This document shows, piece by piece, positions 25,327-38,445 of a stretch of 64,000 nt of DNA. The position numbers and the translations under genes were made by a program. The stretch is from assembly GCF_030028105.1 (NCBI RefSeq), contig NC_092382.1, positions 100,394,699 through 100,458,698 on the forward strand, in the 5' to 3' direction. Below the pieces are notes generated by a model. It was not told where the DNA came from, ran no database searches, and worked only from the letters and a program-made list of their open reading frames with translations. The DNA is from Mobula birostris. Lineage: Eukaryota. How positions within the stretch are numbered: position 1 is the first letter of the stretch; each line of letters starts with the position of its first letter.

Positions 25327-25530
25327 GGATGGATATAGATGGTTAGATAGATAGATATAGATGGTTAGATAGNNNNNNNNNNNNNNNNNNNNNNNNNNNN
25401 NNNNNNNNNNNNNNNNNNNNNNNNNNNNNNNNNNNNNNNNNNNNNNNNNNNNNNNNNNNNNNNNNNNNNNNNNNNNNNNNNNNNNNNNNNNNNNNNNNNN
25501 NNNNNNNNNNNNNNNNNCAGTAGATAGGTT
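25000..25530. repeat. (GATA)n microsatellite with two N runs (25043-25231, 25373-25517)
   Basis: Direct reading. Confidence 0.9.
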
Positions 25531-25678
25531 GATTAGCATTAGAAATTTATGAAAATAAAAGTGAAGGGGATGCAAGTGGTATTACCGGGGGGATAGGATA
25601 CCCACCGTTTCTCTTCAAGCCATGCTGACGAGTGTCGGTTGCAGTGAGATACCATTGTGTGCCGACCCGGCCGTAAGA

Positions 25679-25758
25679 GGTTGTGGGACACCCTCCAAAT
25701 TCTGTGCTTGACTGATGAAGCCTACTTCGGGGCAGCGGAACGAAACTCGCCGTGTTGG
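25679..25758 (+). pseudogene. TRBJ: J-beta with +2 frameshift (LTDEAYFG/SGTKLAVL), 12-RSS 25679-25706, J 25707-25758
   Basis: GGTTGTGGG, 12 nt, TTCTGTG; TTCGGGGCAGCGGAACGAAACTC has two extra G relative to the FGSGTKL paralogues; donor GTGGGT at 25759. Confidence 0.8.
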
Positions 25759-27299
25759 GTGGGTGGATTCGGTGCTCAGGCGGGGGAAAGGTGATTCGGG
25801 GCCGAGAGGGTGGACACCGTGCAAACACGGTCACACATCTGACAGTAAGCCGGGGGATGGAGAGAGAGGGCAGTGGGGAGGTTCTGGCAATGAGACATTT
25901 TGCGCTGAGACGAAGGCTGGGGGGGGGGGGGGAGCTAGAAAGGCTACGCTTTCTTCTCTGTGCCTCTCTCTCCCCTTCGCACTCTCTCTCTCCATACTGT
26001 CTCCCTCTCTCGTTCCCTCTCTTTTTGTTTATCCATTCTCTGTCACTTTCGTTCCCCCTCTCTCTATCTCTGTCTCATCTTCTCTTTCCCTTCCTCCATT
26101 TCTCTATCTCTCTCCTACCCCGTCTGCTCTCGTTCTCTTTATCGACGTCCCTTTCCCTCCCTCCACCTCCGCGGTCGCCAACCCTCCCCACCCCCTTCCC
26201 CGTGTCCGTATCGCGGTCTATTTATTCGTCTGCTTGCTTATCAACATTTTTGTGTTTCCGTCCCATTGTCGACCTCTCCCTTTCGCCGCCTCGATCTCTT
26301 CCCCCATTTCATTTTCACTTCCATCCACTCCACCTTCTTTACACTGCCCCCTGCCTCTCTCCAACGTCTTTTCCGCACTGTTTTCCCTTTTCCCTGTCCG
26401 CCATCTCTCTTTCCTTTTACCTCTCCCCTCCCCACACTCTCTCCCTCTCCTTGTTTCACCCTCCCCTTTCTGTCCCTTCTTCTTTCACCTCTGTCTCCCC
26501 ATCTCTCCTCATTCTCGCCCGCCTCGCCCTTATCAAACCACTCACGTCATTTCATTTTATAACGTTCTCAATTCTTCGTCTTTTTTTTCCTTCTAACCTC
26601 TCTTGCTCCTCGTTCTGTCTCTCTCCAGCTCCCCCTCTCTCGCCGTACCATGTCGGGTTTTCCGGAGAATCTCCTCGCTCTCATCCCCGTTTCCCCTTTG
26701 ATCCTCCGCACTCTTTGACTCCCTCTGATACCCGAGCCTGTTTACAGATCCTCTTCTCTCGGAGGGGCAGCAAATCTCTGAAAAAAAAATCGTGCCCTCC
26801 CCGTCCCCGATCCCGCAACCCCCCCCCCCCCCCCCGAGGACGTGGGAGGCCAGCGATGTAATGTTGCCGCTCTACAAAAGTCGGGCCAGACCACACTTGG
26901 AGTACTTGGCTAGCTTCCGCTCGTCCGGTTAGAGGGATCATGTGGCAGCTTGAGGGAGGGCGCAGAGGCCACCGGCCAGGACGCTGACTGAACGAGAGGG
27001 CCGTATCTCGAGTTTGTCAGCTGTTGTGGACAGTGTCCAACGGGACGCTGACAGGGAGCAGAGCCGAGGGGTGGCAGGTGGAGTTCCATCCGGTCACGTG
27101 TGAGGGGATTCACTTTGGAAGGCCGAACCGGAAGGCAGGGTTCAGAGTTCAGAGCAGGAGTCTGAGCCGTGTGGGGGAACAGAGTGACCCTGGGGTGAAC
27201 GTCCACAGATCCCACAAAGCGACCTCGCAGGTTGACGGCGGGGGCGGGGGGGGGTGTCTAGGCCTACAGAGCCTACAGAGGCTAGGCCTTCATTCGACG

Positions 27300-28050
27300 C
27301 TCACTGAGTTCAAGATCCGCGAGGTCATGTCGCCGCTCTACAAAACCCTGGTTAGAACACACTTGGGTATATTGTGTTGAGTTTTGGTCGCTCATTATTG
27401 GAAGGACGTGGAAGCTTTAGAGAGGTTGCAGAGCAGATTCACCAGGATGCTGCCTGGATTAGAGAGGGTCCAGAGCAGATTCACCAGGATGCTGCCTGGA
27501 TTAGAGAGGGTGCAGAGGAGATTGACCAGGATGCTGCCTGGATTAGAGAGGGTGCAGAGGAGATTCGCCAGGATGCTGCCTGGAGCAGAGAGGGTGCAGA
27601 TAAGATTCACCAGGATGCTGCTTGGATTAGAGAGGGTGCAGATGAGATTCAGCAGGATGCTGCCTGGATTAGAGAGGGTGCAGAGGAGATTCGCCAGGAT
27701 GCTGCCTGGATTAGAGAGGGTGCAGAGGAGATTGACCAGGATGCTGCCTGGATTAGAGAGGGTGCAGAGGAGATTCGCCAGGATGCTGCCTGGAATAGAG
27801 AGGGTGTAGAGGAGATTCGCCAGGATGCTGCCTGGATCAGAGAGGGTGCAGATGAGATTCACCAGGATGCTGCCTGGATTTGAGAGGGTGCCAAGTAGAT
27901 TCACCAGGATGCTGCCTGGATTAGAGAGGGTGCAGATGAGATTCAGCAGGATGCTGCCTGGATTAGAGAGGGTGCAGAGGAGATTCGCCAGGATGCTGCC
28001 TGGATTAGAGAGGGTGCAGAGGAGATTCACCAGGATGCAGGCTGGATTAG
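27300..28050 (+). repeat. CR1 fragment with 42-bp tandem array (15 units)
   Basis: [14 protein letters not shown] repeats following ...HYWKDVEA. Confidence 0.9.
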
Positions 28051-30125
28051 TGAAACATGGTTGCAGGAGGGGTGTGATTGGCAACTAAATATGCCTGGAT
28101 TTCTTTGCTTCAGATGTGACAGAATCGGAGGGGCAAGAGGGGGAGGGTTGCATTGCTTGTCAGAGAAAATTTTACAGCGGTGCTTTGGCAGGATAGATTA
28201 GAGGACTCGTCTAGGGAGTCTATTTGGGTGGAATTGAGGAATGGAAAAGGTGCAGTAATGCTTATAGGGGTGTATTATAGACCAGCTATTGGGGGGCGAG
28301 AATTGGAGAAGCAAATTTGTAAGGAGATAGCAGATATTTGTAGTAAGCACAGGGTTGTGATTGTGGGGGTTTTAATTTTCCACACATAGTCTGCGAAATC
28401 CATTCTGTAAAAGGGTTGGATGGATTGGAGTTTGTAAAATGTGTGCAAGATAGTTTTTGCAGCAATACATAGAGGTACCAACTAGAGAAGGGACAGTGTT
28501 GGATCTCCTGTTGGGGAATGAGATAGGGCAGGTGTCAGAGATATGTGTTGGCGAGCACTTCGGGTCCAGTGATCCCAATGCCATTAGTTTCTACATAATT
28601 ATGGAGAAGGATAGGACTACACCAGAGCTGAGGTTTTTGATTGAAGAAAGGCTAACTTTGAGGAGATGCGAAAGGATTTAGAAGGAGTGGATTGGAACAA
28701 TTTATTTTATGGGAAGAACGTAATAGAGAAATCGAGGTCATTTAAAGGTGAAATTTTGAGGGTACAGAATCTTTATGTTCCTGTTAGGTTGAAAGGACAG
28801 GTTAAAAGTTTGAGACAGCCATGGTTTTCAAGGGATATTGGAAACCTGGTTCAGAAAAAGAGAGATATCTACAATAAATATAGGCAGCATGGAGTAAATG
28901 AGGTGCTCGGGGAATATAAAGAATGCAAAAAGAATCTTAAGAAAGAAATTAGAAAAGCTAAAAGAAGATATGGGGCTGCTTTGGCCAGTAAGGTGAAAAT
29001 AAATCCAAAGGGTTTCTACAGTTATATTAATAGCAAAAGGATAGTGAGGGATAAAATTAGTCCCTTAGAGAATCAGAGTGGATGCCTATGTGTGGAGCCA
29101 AAAGAGATGGGGGAGCTTTTGAACAATTTATTTTCAACATGAGGGGGACGTTCTTTACTCAGAGGGTGGTAGCTGTGTGGAACGAGAAGTGGTCGAGGCA
29201 GGTTCGATGTTGTCATTTAAAGTTAACTTGGATAGATATATGGACAGGAAAGAAATGGCGGGTTTTGGGCTGAGTGCAGGTCGGTGGGACTAGGTGAGAG
29301 CAAGAGCTCGGCACGGACTAGAAGGGCCGAGATGGCCTGTTTCCGCGCTGTGATCGTTAGGTTGGCAGTGAGGAAGGCGTGTGCAGTTGTCCGCGTCCGT
29401 GACGAGGGGACGAGAAGTTGAAAGCCAGGTTGTGACGCCGAGGCTTTGCGAGGCTCTGGTGAGGCCGCACTTGGAGTACTGCGAGCAGTTTTGGGCCCCT
29501 CGTCTGAGGAAAGATGGAAGATAGAAATCTACAGCACAATACAGGCCCTTCGGCCCACAATGTTGTGCTGTCCATGTGACCCACTCGAGACACTGCCCAG
29601 AATTATCTTATGGCATATCTATTTTTCTGAGCTCCCATGTACCTATCTAAGGGTCTCTTCAAACACCCTATTGTACCCATAAGACCATAAGACATAGGAG
29701 TAGAATTAAGTCCCCCCTCAAACTTCTGCACTCCAAAAAACTTCATCTCCTAAGTTACAGAGAAAGGTTGAACAAGTTAGGTCTTTATTCTTTGGAGCGT
29801 AGAAGGTTGAGGGGGGACTTGATAGTTATTTAAAATTATGAGAGGGATAGATAGAGTTGACGTGGATAGGCTTTTTCCATTGAGAGTGGGGGAGATTCAA
29901 ACAGGAGGACATGAGTTGAGAGTTAAAGGGCAAAAGTTTAGGGGTAACACGAGGGGGAACTTCTTTACTCAGAGAGTGGTAGCTGTGTGGAACGAGCTTC
30001 CAGCAGAAGTGGTCGAGGCAGGTTCGATGTTGTCGTTTAAAGTTAAATTGGATAGATATATGGGCAGCAAAGGAATAGAGGGTTATGGGCTGAGTGCAGG
30101 CCAGTGGGACTACGTGAGAGTAAAA
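28050..30125 (+). mobile_element. CR1-like fragments (endonuclease region and 3' ends)
   Basis: SETWL, IGVYYRP, PTREGTVLDLLLGNE, NFFTQRVVAVWNELP. Confidence 0.8.
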
Positions 30126-30849
30126 GTTCGTTATTGATCCGAAGGAAATTAGAGTGTAACAGTCTAACAGGAGGGGGACATCACTTCGCCAACTATAGTT
30201 TGACTCATTATAGGGTTGTCTGAGTCTATTACTAAAAGTGCTCCTCTGTTCAGCCAAGAAGACATGCAGAGGGTGCGAAACGTTGCCCGGGATTGCCAGG
30301 ATTTTCAAGCGGGGCCCTTGTTCTACCGCAGCCTCCAGTGTGTCCAGTTTGACTCCTATAACAGAGCCAACCTTTCTGATCGGTTCATTGCCCCAGCAGA
30401 CCGCCGAGTAGAAGATTCCACTGACGACAACAGAGAGGCCTGCTTAGTCCAAGGGACCTCGGTCTCCTCGGGAAGAAGCGGCGACTGTGGCCCTTCTCGT
30501 GCACCGCTCAGTTCTGACACCCAGGTGGACCCCCCCCCCCCCCAGGTACTTGTCGGTCCTCGCCACATCCACGTCCTCGCCGTCAGCACTAACGGGGATT
30601 AGCGCCGGCTTACTCTTCCCACGTTCCATCACCACCTCCTTCGTCTCACTGATGCTGAGCTGCGGATGATTCCGTTTGCACCATTTGGCCAAGTCCTCCA
30701 AGTCTTCATCCTGCCCTCCTCCCATTTAATGCCGAGTCATCAGAGAATTTCAGAAAAATGAAGGGCTAGGCGGGAAGAAAGGGTCAGGCTGGTCTTGTAG
30801 CAGCTTGAAAGGTCGACGCATCATTGTGTGCCAAAGGCCGTTCACTGTC

Positions 30850-30975
30850 CATGTTCAATGTTCCATGTTCTATGTTCTATGTTCTATGTTCTATGTTCTA
30901 TGTTCCATGTTCTATGTTCTATGTTCTATGTTCCAGGTTCTATGTTCCATGTTCTATGTTCTATGTTCTAGGTTC
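30850..30975. repeat. (CTATGTT)n array
   Basis: 7-mer repeat matching the tails seen on CR1 copies in this window (e.g. ~34135, ~39290). Confidence 0.85.
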
Positions 30976-31084
30976 TATATATTTGAGCTGGGGACAGATT
31001 AATGAGTGGAATATGGACGAATCGACTCTTATGCAGCAACACCACAGGAGAGACGGTGAGGCCGGCAAAGAGATGGGGTGGGGA

Positions 31085-31365
31085 TAGGCCAGCGTCGCGC
31101 TTTCAACGCCACCCTATCGCAGCGCCGGAGTCCCAGGTTCGATTCCCGCCGCTGTCGGTAAAGGGGGTTCGTTACGCTCTCCCGTCACCCCTTGGGTATC
31201 CCTCCCCCCCCCCACACCCCCACCTACACACTGCGGGTCGCGCATTCCCCAGAGATGCTCGCGCTGGTGAGATATTCGGTCACATGGGTGTGACCGGGCG
31301 GCGCGGCCTCGTAGGATCGGGAGGGCCAGTGACGGTTTCTGTACCTGGAAATAAAATAAGTTCTT
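31085..31365 (+). mobile_element. Decayed V-SINE/HE1-like SINE
   Basis: CCAGGTTCGATTCCC B box, CTCTCCCGTCACC central domain, A-rich end. Confidence 0.55.
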
Positions 31366-31490
31366 CAACGCAAACAAATAACTTAACGCGGAGAGTCAGC
31401 CTTGAAGGACAGAGAGGGCTCCCCCCTCTTCCCTGCCTCCTGAGTTCGAGGGGGCAAAGGTGGCGGCCCCAGCCTGATCGAGCTGCGCCG

Positions 31491-31569
31491 CGTTTCCGAA
31501 CGGGTCCAAAGCGCTGTGCTCAGTACAGCGAAGCCTACTTCGGCGGCGGGACCAAACTAGTCGTCTTCG
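31491..31569 (+). CDS. TRBJ: J-beta QYSEAYFGGGTKLVVF (J 31519-31569; 12-RSS 31491-31518)
   Basis: FGxG motif; CGTTTCCGA, 12 nt, CGCTGTG; phase-1 GTGAGT donor at 31570. Confidence 0.93.
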
Positions 31570-32019
31570 GTGAGTGAAATCGCGGCCTGCGCTGAGCGAG
31601 GCGGCTCCGGAGCGGACGGGACACAAACCCCCACCCCCCCACCCCTTCCACCCCCACAACTTTGGAGGGATCATTGGGTCCACTCTCTCCGTTTAAAGCC
31701 CTTGCCGGGCAACACCTCCTCTGAACTGTCATCTTAAATGTTTCAGACATTTCCACCCGACGGGGCGAGAAACGATTCCGGTTGTGTACTTTTACCTCTA
31801 CCTCTCTTGTGCGTTAAAAAAAAATCTTGCCCGTAGCATGTCCTTTGAAATTAGCCCCTCTCACCTGAAGTACGTGCTCATTGGTATTAGATATCTCAAC
31901 CGACAAGGTGCTGACTCTCTGCTCTGTCCGCGCCCCTCGGAATCGTATTAACCGCTAGGCAACACCCCGGCGAAATCCCAAAGAATACCCTCTCCCTCCT
32001 AAAAAAAAAATAAACCTTT

Positions 32020-32620
32020 ATAAATCAAAGTATTGAGTATAAGAGTTGGAATGTTATGATGAGGTTGTATAAGACATTGGTGAGGCCGAATCTTGAGTAT
32101 TGTGTTCAGTTTTGGTCACCAAATTACAGGGAGGATATAAATAAGGTTGAAAGAGTGCAGAGAAGGCTTACAAGGATGTTGCCGGGACTTGAGAAACTCA
32201 GTTACAGAGAAAGGTTGAATAAGTTAGGACTTTATTCCCTGGAGCGTGGAAGAATGAGGGGAGATTTGATAGAGGTATATAAAATTATGATGGGTATAGA
32301 TAGAGTGAATGCAAGCAGGCTTTTTCCACTGAGGCAAGGGCAGAAAAAAACCAGAGGACATGGGTTAAGGGTGAGGGGGGGGGGGAAGTTTAAAGGAAGC
32401 ATTAGGGGAGGCTTCTTCACACAGAGAGTGGTGGGAGTATGGAATGAGCTGCCAGACGAGGTGGTAAATGCGGGTTCTTTTTTAACATTTAAGGAAAACT
32501 TGGACAGGTACATGGATGAGAGGTGTATTGAGGGATATGGTCCAGGTGCAGGTCTGTCGGACGAGGCAGAAAAATGGTTCGGTCTGTTTCTGTGCTGCAT
32601 TGTTCTATGGTTCTATGGTT
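32020..32620 (+). mobile_element. CR1-like LINE 3' fragment
   Basis: [19 protein letters not shown]...FFTQRVVGVWNELP with a CTATGGTT tail. Confidence 0.88.
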
Positions 32621-33129
32621 CTAAAACCTTTCTTGTGACGAGACAACTAAATCCTTCACGGAACACTCAAGATTGGACTCATAGGCCACTTGAGATCCCA
32701 TAAGTAGATCAGCAGAACGAAGACCTCGAGGGATAGCCACGACGAGGACTCCACACTTGTGGCCTGTCCCAACATTTTATGAATCCACAACGAGACTTCC
32801 CTCCATTCCCTGCACATTCGCGCGTCCCTTAAACGACCCTGTCGCCCCAGCCTCCACCAGCACCCCTGGGACCACGGGCAAACGTTGGTGGCTTTCTCTG
32901 GAGCGGCAGAATCTGAGGAGAGGCCTGGTGGAGGTTTACAAAATCACGAGAGGTATAGGTAGAGTAGACAGGCAGCGTTTCTTCCCCGCAGGGTGGAAAT
33001 GTCTGCTACCGGGGGCGGGGGAGGGGGAGAGAGTTTACGGGCGTTTAAGAGGATCTTAGATAAACAGATGGATACAGAGGCGACGGATGGAAGACCCGTT
33101 CGTTGCAGATTTATAAATCTCTTGTCAGG

Positions 33130-33500
33130 TCGCACTTGGAGTGCTGTGTGCGGGTCTAGTTCCAGGAGGGGTATGCAGGGATGTTGTGGCTTTAGAGAGG
33201 GTACAGAGGAGATTCGCCTGGACTCTGTCTGGATTGGAGAGGGTGCAGAGGAGATTCACCAGGACTCTGCCTGGATTAGAGAGGGTGCAGAGGAGATTCA
33301 CCGGGATGATGCCTGGATTAGAGAAGGTGCGGAGGAGATTCACCAGGATGCTGCCTAGATTAGAGAGAATGCAAAGGAGATTCACCAGGACTCTGCCTGG
33401 ATTAGAGGTGAGCGGGAAAACTTCGGTTGCTTTCTCTGGACCGGCAGGGGCTGGGGAGGGGTGGTGGATCTGATAGAGGTCTATAAGATTAGGAGAAGCC
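33130..33500 (+). repeat. CR1 fragment with 42-bp tandem array (~5 units)
   Basis: [10 protein letters not shown][T/M]LPG repeats. Confidence 0.85.
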
Positions 33501-33519
33501 CAGACAGAGTGGACACAAA

Positions 33520-33730
33520 CACGAGGAGATCTGCAGATGCTGGAAGTTCAAGCAACACCCACATAAAAATGCTGGTGTGCGCAGCAAGCCAGGCAGCAAC
33601 TATAGCAAGAGGTACGTTCCACGTTTCGGGCTGTACCTAACGAAGGGTCTCGGCCCGAAACGTCGACTGTACCTCTTCCTAGAGATGCTGCCTGGCCTGC
33701 TGCGTTCCACCAGCATTTTGTGTGTGTGTT
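33520..33730. mobile_element. Short inverted Penelope-like ends; hammerhead core mutated (CTAACGA)
   Basis: GCAGATGCTGGAAGTTC...CCAGGCAGCA on one side, CCCGAAACGTCGACTG...GATGCTGCCTGGCCTGCTGCG on the other. Confidence 0.6.
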
Positions 33731-34586
33731 GATAGAGTGGACAGTCTATTCCCCAATGAGGAACGATTGCAGGGTGAGAAGGGGTGAGGTTTAAAAGAAG
33801 AGGGGGCATTGATCGTGTGGATAGCTAGAAGCTTGTTCCCGGGGCTGAAATGACTAACACAAGGGGATACAGTTTTAAGGTTCTGGGAAATAGGTTTCGA
33901 GGGGATATCAGGGACACGTTTTACACACAGAGAGTGGTGAGAGTATGAAATGCACTGCCGGCGATGGTGGTGGAAGCGGACACAACAGGGTCTTTTGAGA
34001 GCCACTTAGATAGGTACATAGAGCTTAGAAAAATAGAGGGCTATGCGCTCGGGAAATTCTAGGCAGTTTCTAGAGTAGGTTACATGGTCGACACAAAATT
34101 GTTGGCCGAAGGGCCTGTAATGTGCTGTGGATTTCTATGTTCTATGTTAAAGGAGATCTACAAGGGTGCCTGGATAGAGGCGTTTAAGAGGCCCTAGACA
34201 GACACCTGGTTGTGCAGGGTACGAAGGGAAGCCATGTTACTGCTTCCTAAAACTCTGGCCAGGCCGCATCTGAAGAATGGTGCAGGGGAGGTTGTGGGGG
34301 AGGTGGGAGCGGAAGTCTCTGGGGAGGATACAGAAGGGGTTCATCCGGGCACAGCCGGGTTCAGACGATATCGGGTGTGAGGAGAGACCAAGAAATCCTG
34401 GCTCATGTGGCGCATGGAACGGGTTCAGTTTAGGCACTTCCCCGGAGGTCAGGTGTGAAGCGGCAGGACTCAGTCAGTGATAGGAGCGTTTTGTTCAGTG
34501 GGACCAGGTCCATACCTCCCTGAAAGTAGCCGGGCCGGTAAAGAATGAGCGCTGAGTGTAGGAACCGGGTTCTCACTTCTAATTCT

Positions 34587-34864
34587 TTTAAGTCATCCGT
34601 TAGTCTTGCGAGACCATGGATCGGCGCCTGGAAAGTCTTCACTGTCCAGGGCGCAGTCGCGGGCAAGTTTGTGTGGAAGACTGGCAGTTGCCGATGTTGT
34701 CCAAGGGAAGGGCAAGGGCCGATACAGCTTGACACCGGTGTTGTCGCAGAGCAATGTGTGATTAAGTGCCTTGCTCAAGGACACAACACGACGCCTCGGC
34801 TGGGGCTCGAACTCACGACCTTCAGGTCGCTAGTCGAATGTCTTAACCACTTGGCCACGCGCCC
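34587..34864 (-). mobile_element. tRNA-derived SINE
   Basis: A box TGGCCAAGTGG, B box GAGTTCGAGCC, GTGTCCTTGAGCAAGGCACTTAA central domain. Confidence 0.8.
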
Positions 34865-35640
34865 ACCTTAATTCTTATAAAACTCTAATTAGGCTGCGTC
34901 TGGGGTCTAGTATTCAGTAATGATCTCCCCGTTACAGGAAGGTCGTGTGTGTGTGTGTGGGGGGGGTGGGGAGTGCTTTGGAGAGGGCGCAGAGGAGGTT
35001 CACCAGGATGCTGTAAGGAGAGATGGGGCAAACTTGGGTAGTTTCCCCTGGAGCGGCGGGAGCAGAAGGGAGACCTGATCGAGGTTTGTAGGATGATGAG
35101 AAAAACGTCTTAATCCTCTTGGCTGGGAACGAGAAATCTGTCACTACGCACCACCCTGAGATTCATTTGCGGGATTTGTTTTGTCGCGACAGCCAGTCTC
35201 TGAACTCTCTGTCTCCTGCCTTTTCCCCCAGAACCCTTAATTCCGCTCCTATGCAAAAATCCATCAAACCTTGTCATCTTATACACCTGTATCAGGACAC
35301 CTCTCATCCTCCGTCGCCTCCAAAGGAGAAAAGGCCAAGTTCACCCATAAGGCACGCTCTCCAATCCCTGTAAATCTCCTCTGCACTCTTTCTATAGTAT
35401 TCACAAGGTACAACTTGATAAAAAAAGCTTCGGTCAGTCCAACGACGGGGGACTGTATAGATTGCTGGCCTACGCACGATGTGTTGAAACAGGAAAGGAT
35501 GCGGAGAACGGGGAAGAGACGGGATCTGGCCTCTAATATTTCATATATCAACTTTGGCTTTGAAAAGAAAAACGCCAAGAATTTCCTTTCTTTTCTTTTT
35601 CAATCTTTTTTATTAGTTTCATAATGATAAACATAACATA

Positions 35641-35745
35641 GTATCCTGACGAAGGGTCTCGGCCTGAAACGTCGACTGCACCTCTTCGTAGAGATGCTGC
35701 CTGGCCTGCTGCGTTCACCAGCAACTTTGATGTGTGTTGCTTAAT
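35641..35745 (+). mobile_element. Penelope-like terminal fragment with hammerhead core
   Basis: CTGACGA AGG-GTCTCGG-CCT GAAA CGTC GACTG followed by the family 3' sequence. Confidence 0.65.
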
Positions 35746-35749
35746 ACAA

Positions 35750-36350
35750 AGTTATTGGGATTACATTGTTGTAATTAACATATTTAAATAATAAACCCAG
35801 TTGGCACACGGGTATCAACCTCCCAATCGTACAAGATACAAATACAAAATACTAAAAAAAAACATGAAAAGGGAAATAAAATATATACCCCAAAAGAAAA
35901 ACTAATCTAAATAATGCTAACCATCTAAACTAAAGAAGAAAGAACATGTGCTGTTATGTAACGTCAAAAACAAGGAACCGTTAGTGTCGTGGACTCCGCT
36001 CCTCTCGAAATATATTAAAAAGAAATAGAACAGGTTTGGAAAAGGTCAAATTACATCATATGGAAGTGTTGAATAAATGGCCTCCAAGTCTTTTCGAATT
36101 TAGCAGAGGGATCATAAATAACACTTCTAATTTTTTCTAGGTTTAAACACAACATAGTTTGAGAGAACCATATGAAAAGTGGTGGGAGGATTGATCTCTT
36201 TCCAATTCAGCAAAATGGATCTTCTCGCCATTAACGTAACAAATTCAATCATCCGATGAGCTGAAGAGGTTAAATGATTTGGTTCCATCATTGGTAAAAC
36301 CAAAAATAGGGTGAGGTTGTAACTCAATACTCAGAACAGTTGAAATAATT
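35750..36350 (-). mobile_element. L1/Tx1-like LINE 3' fragment
   Basis: ARRSILLNWK motif and T-rich end on the minus strand. Confidence 0.55.
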
Positions 36351-36399
36351 TCCGATCAGCGTGCCTCTCGTCATTTTGTGTGCCTCTCAAAAGTCAAAC

Positions 36400-37560
36400 T
36401 CAAAGGGGAGTTCGCAGGTTGAGTCGGAGGTGAGGAAGCCAACTGCGATATTAGCACTCATTTCCGGAGGACTAGAACATCAAAGCGAGAATGCGGTGAT
36501 GAGGCTTTCATAGGCACTGGTGAGGCCTCACTTGGAGTATTGTGAGCAGTATTTGGTTCCCTTATCTGAGAAAGGATGTGCTGACATTGGAGAGGGTTCA
36601 GAGGGCGTTCGCGGAAATGATTCCCGGATTCGACTCACCGGAATTCAGAAGGACGGAGGGTAGCCCAATTGAAACCCATCGAGTGGTGAAAGGCCTCGAT
36701 AGGCTGGATGTGGAGAGGAAGTTTCCAATGGTGGGGGAGCCTAAGCCCGGAGAACACAGCCGCAGAGCAGAGGGGCGTCCATTCAGAATGGCGATGAGCA
36801 GGAATTTCGTCAGCCAGGACGTGTTGGATCGGTGTAATTCGTTGCCACGGGCGGCTGTGGAGCCCAAGTCACAGAAACATAGAAAACCTACATGTCCCTA
36901 CCTTAGAGATTACTAGGGTTACCCATAGCTCTCAATTTTTATAAGCTCCATGTACCTATCAAAAAGTCTCTTAAAAGACCCTATCGTATCCGCCTCCATC
37001 ACCGTCACCGGCAGCCCATTCCACTCTCTGTGTTAAAAACCTACCCCTGACATCTCCTCTCTACCTGCTGCCCAGCACCTTAAAACTGTATCCTCCTGTG
37101 GCAGCCATTTCAGCCCTGGGGAAAAAAAGCCTCTGACTATCTACACGATCAATGCCTCTCATCACCTTATACACCTCTATCAGGTCACCTCTCGTCCTCC
37201 GTCGCTCCAAGGAGAAAAGGCCAAGTTTACTCAACCTGTTTTCATCAGGCACGCTCCCCAATTCAGGCAACATCCTTGTAAATCTCCTCTGCACCCTTTC
37301 TATGGTTTCCACGTGCTTCCTGTAGTGAGGCGACCAGAACTGAGCACGGTACTCCAAGTGGGGTCTGACCAGGGTACTATATAGCTGCAACATTACCTCT
37401 CGGCTCCTAAACTCAATCCCACGCTTGATGAAGGCCAGTACACCGTCCGCCTTCTTAGCCACAGAGCCAGCCTGCGCAACTGCTTTGAGCGCCCTGTGGA
37501 CTCGGACCCCGAGGTCCCTCTGATCCTCCACACTGCCAAGAGTTGGCTCTGACCATCGGG
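36400..37560. mobile_element. Two CR1-like fragments (plus ~36400-36870, minus ~36870-37560)
   Basis: RPHLEY, LERVQR, GDLIEVYKVMRG motifs. Confidence 0.82.
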
Positions 37561-38445
37561 TACGCTGAAGGCAGAGATTCATAGGTTTTTGATCAGTCGG
37601 GGCATGAAAAGGGTACGGGGAGAACCCAGAATCCGAATCAGAGTCAGGTTTATTATTACAGGCACGTGTCGTGAAATTTGTTAACTTGGCAGCAGCGGTT
37701 CAATGCAATGCATAACATCGAAGAAAAAAAAAATAATAATACATTAATAAATAAATAAGCAAATCAATTACAGTCTACGTATATTGAATAGATTTAAATC
37801 GTGCAAAAAAAAACCCAGAAATAATATATTTTTAAAAGTAAAGTGGCGTTCATTGGTCCAATGTCCATTTCGGCAGAGGGGAAGAAGCTGTTCCTGAATC
37901 GCTGAGTGTGTGTGCCTTCAGGCTCCTGTACCTCCTGCCTGATGGTGACAGTGTGAAAAGGGACATGCCCTGTGTGCTGGACGTCCTTAATAACGGACGC
38001 TGCCTTTCTGAGACACCGCTCCCTAAAGATGTCCGGGCCAGTTTGCAGACTAGAGCCCAAGATGGAGCCGACTAGATTTACAACCCTCTGCAGCTTCTTT
38101 CGGTCCTGTGCAGTAGCAACATCTCCTCCCACCCCTCCATCCATGCCAGACAGTGATGCAGGAGAAGGGAAAATGGATCGGCCATGTTGAATTGGCGGAG
38201 CAGACTCGATGGGCCAAGTGGCCGAACTCTGCTCCTGTCCCTTATGGTCTTGTGTCGTCTGATCTTGCGCATGAACCAGAACGCACCACACGTTGTAGTT
38301 GCAATCGCATTTTAAACTAAGCATAAGTATCTACTTTAAATACAATATATACAAATTTGTACAGCTCTATTAAAAGGATATTAAATAGTCCGCCATGTAT
38401 AAGCCGAAAGCACCATACAGACAACCCGTTGTAAGAATATACCGT

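Noticed and set aside
25715-26861. 200-369 aa Ser/Leu/Pro/Phe ORFs after the pseudo-J (similar at 7139-7898, 18730-19577, 40644-41672)
   Set aside because: Low-complexity pyrimidine or purine tracts.
30810-30840. Heptamer-like CATTGTG, also at ~25654
   Set aside because: No nonamer at 12 or 23 nt and no coding segment attached.
34790-34864. tRNA-like A/B boxes (also at ~62535)
   Set aside because: SINE heads followed by a SINE body, not tRNA genes.
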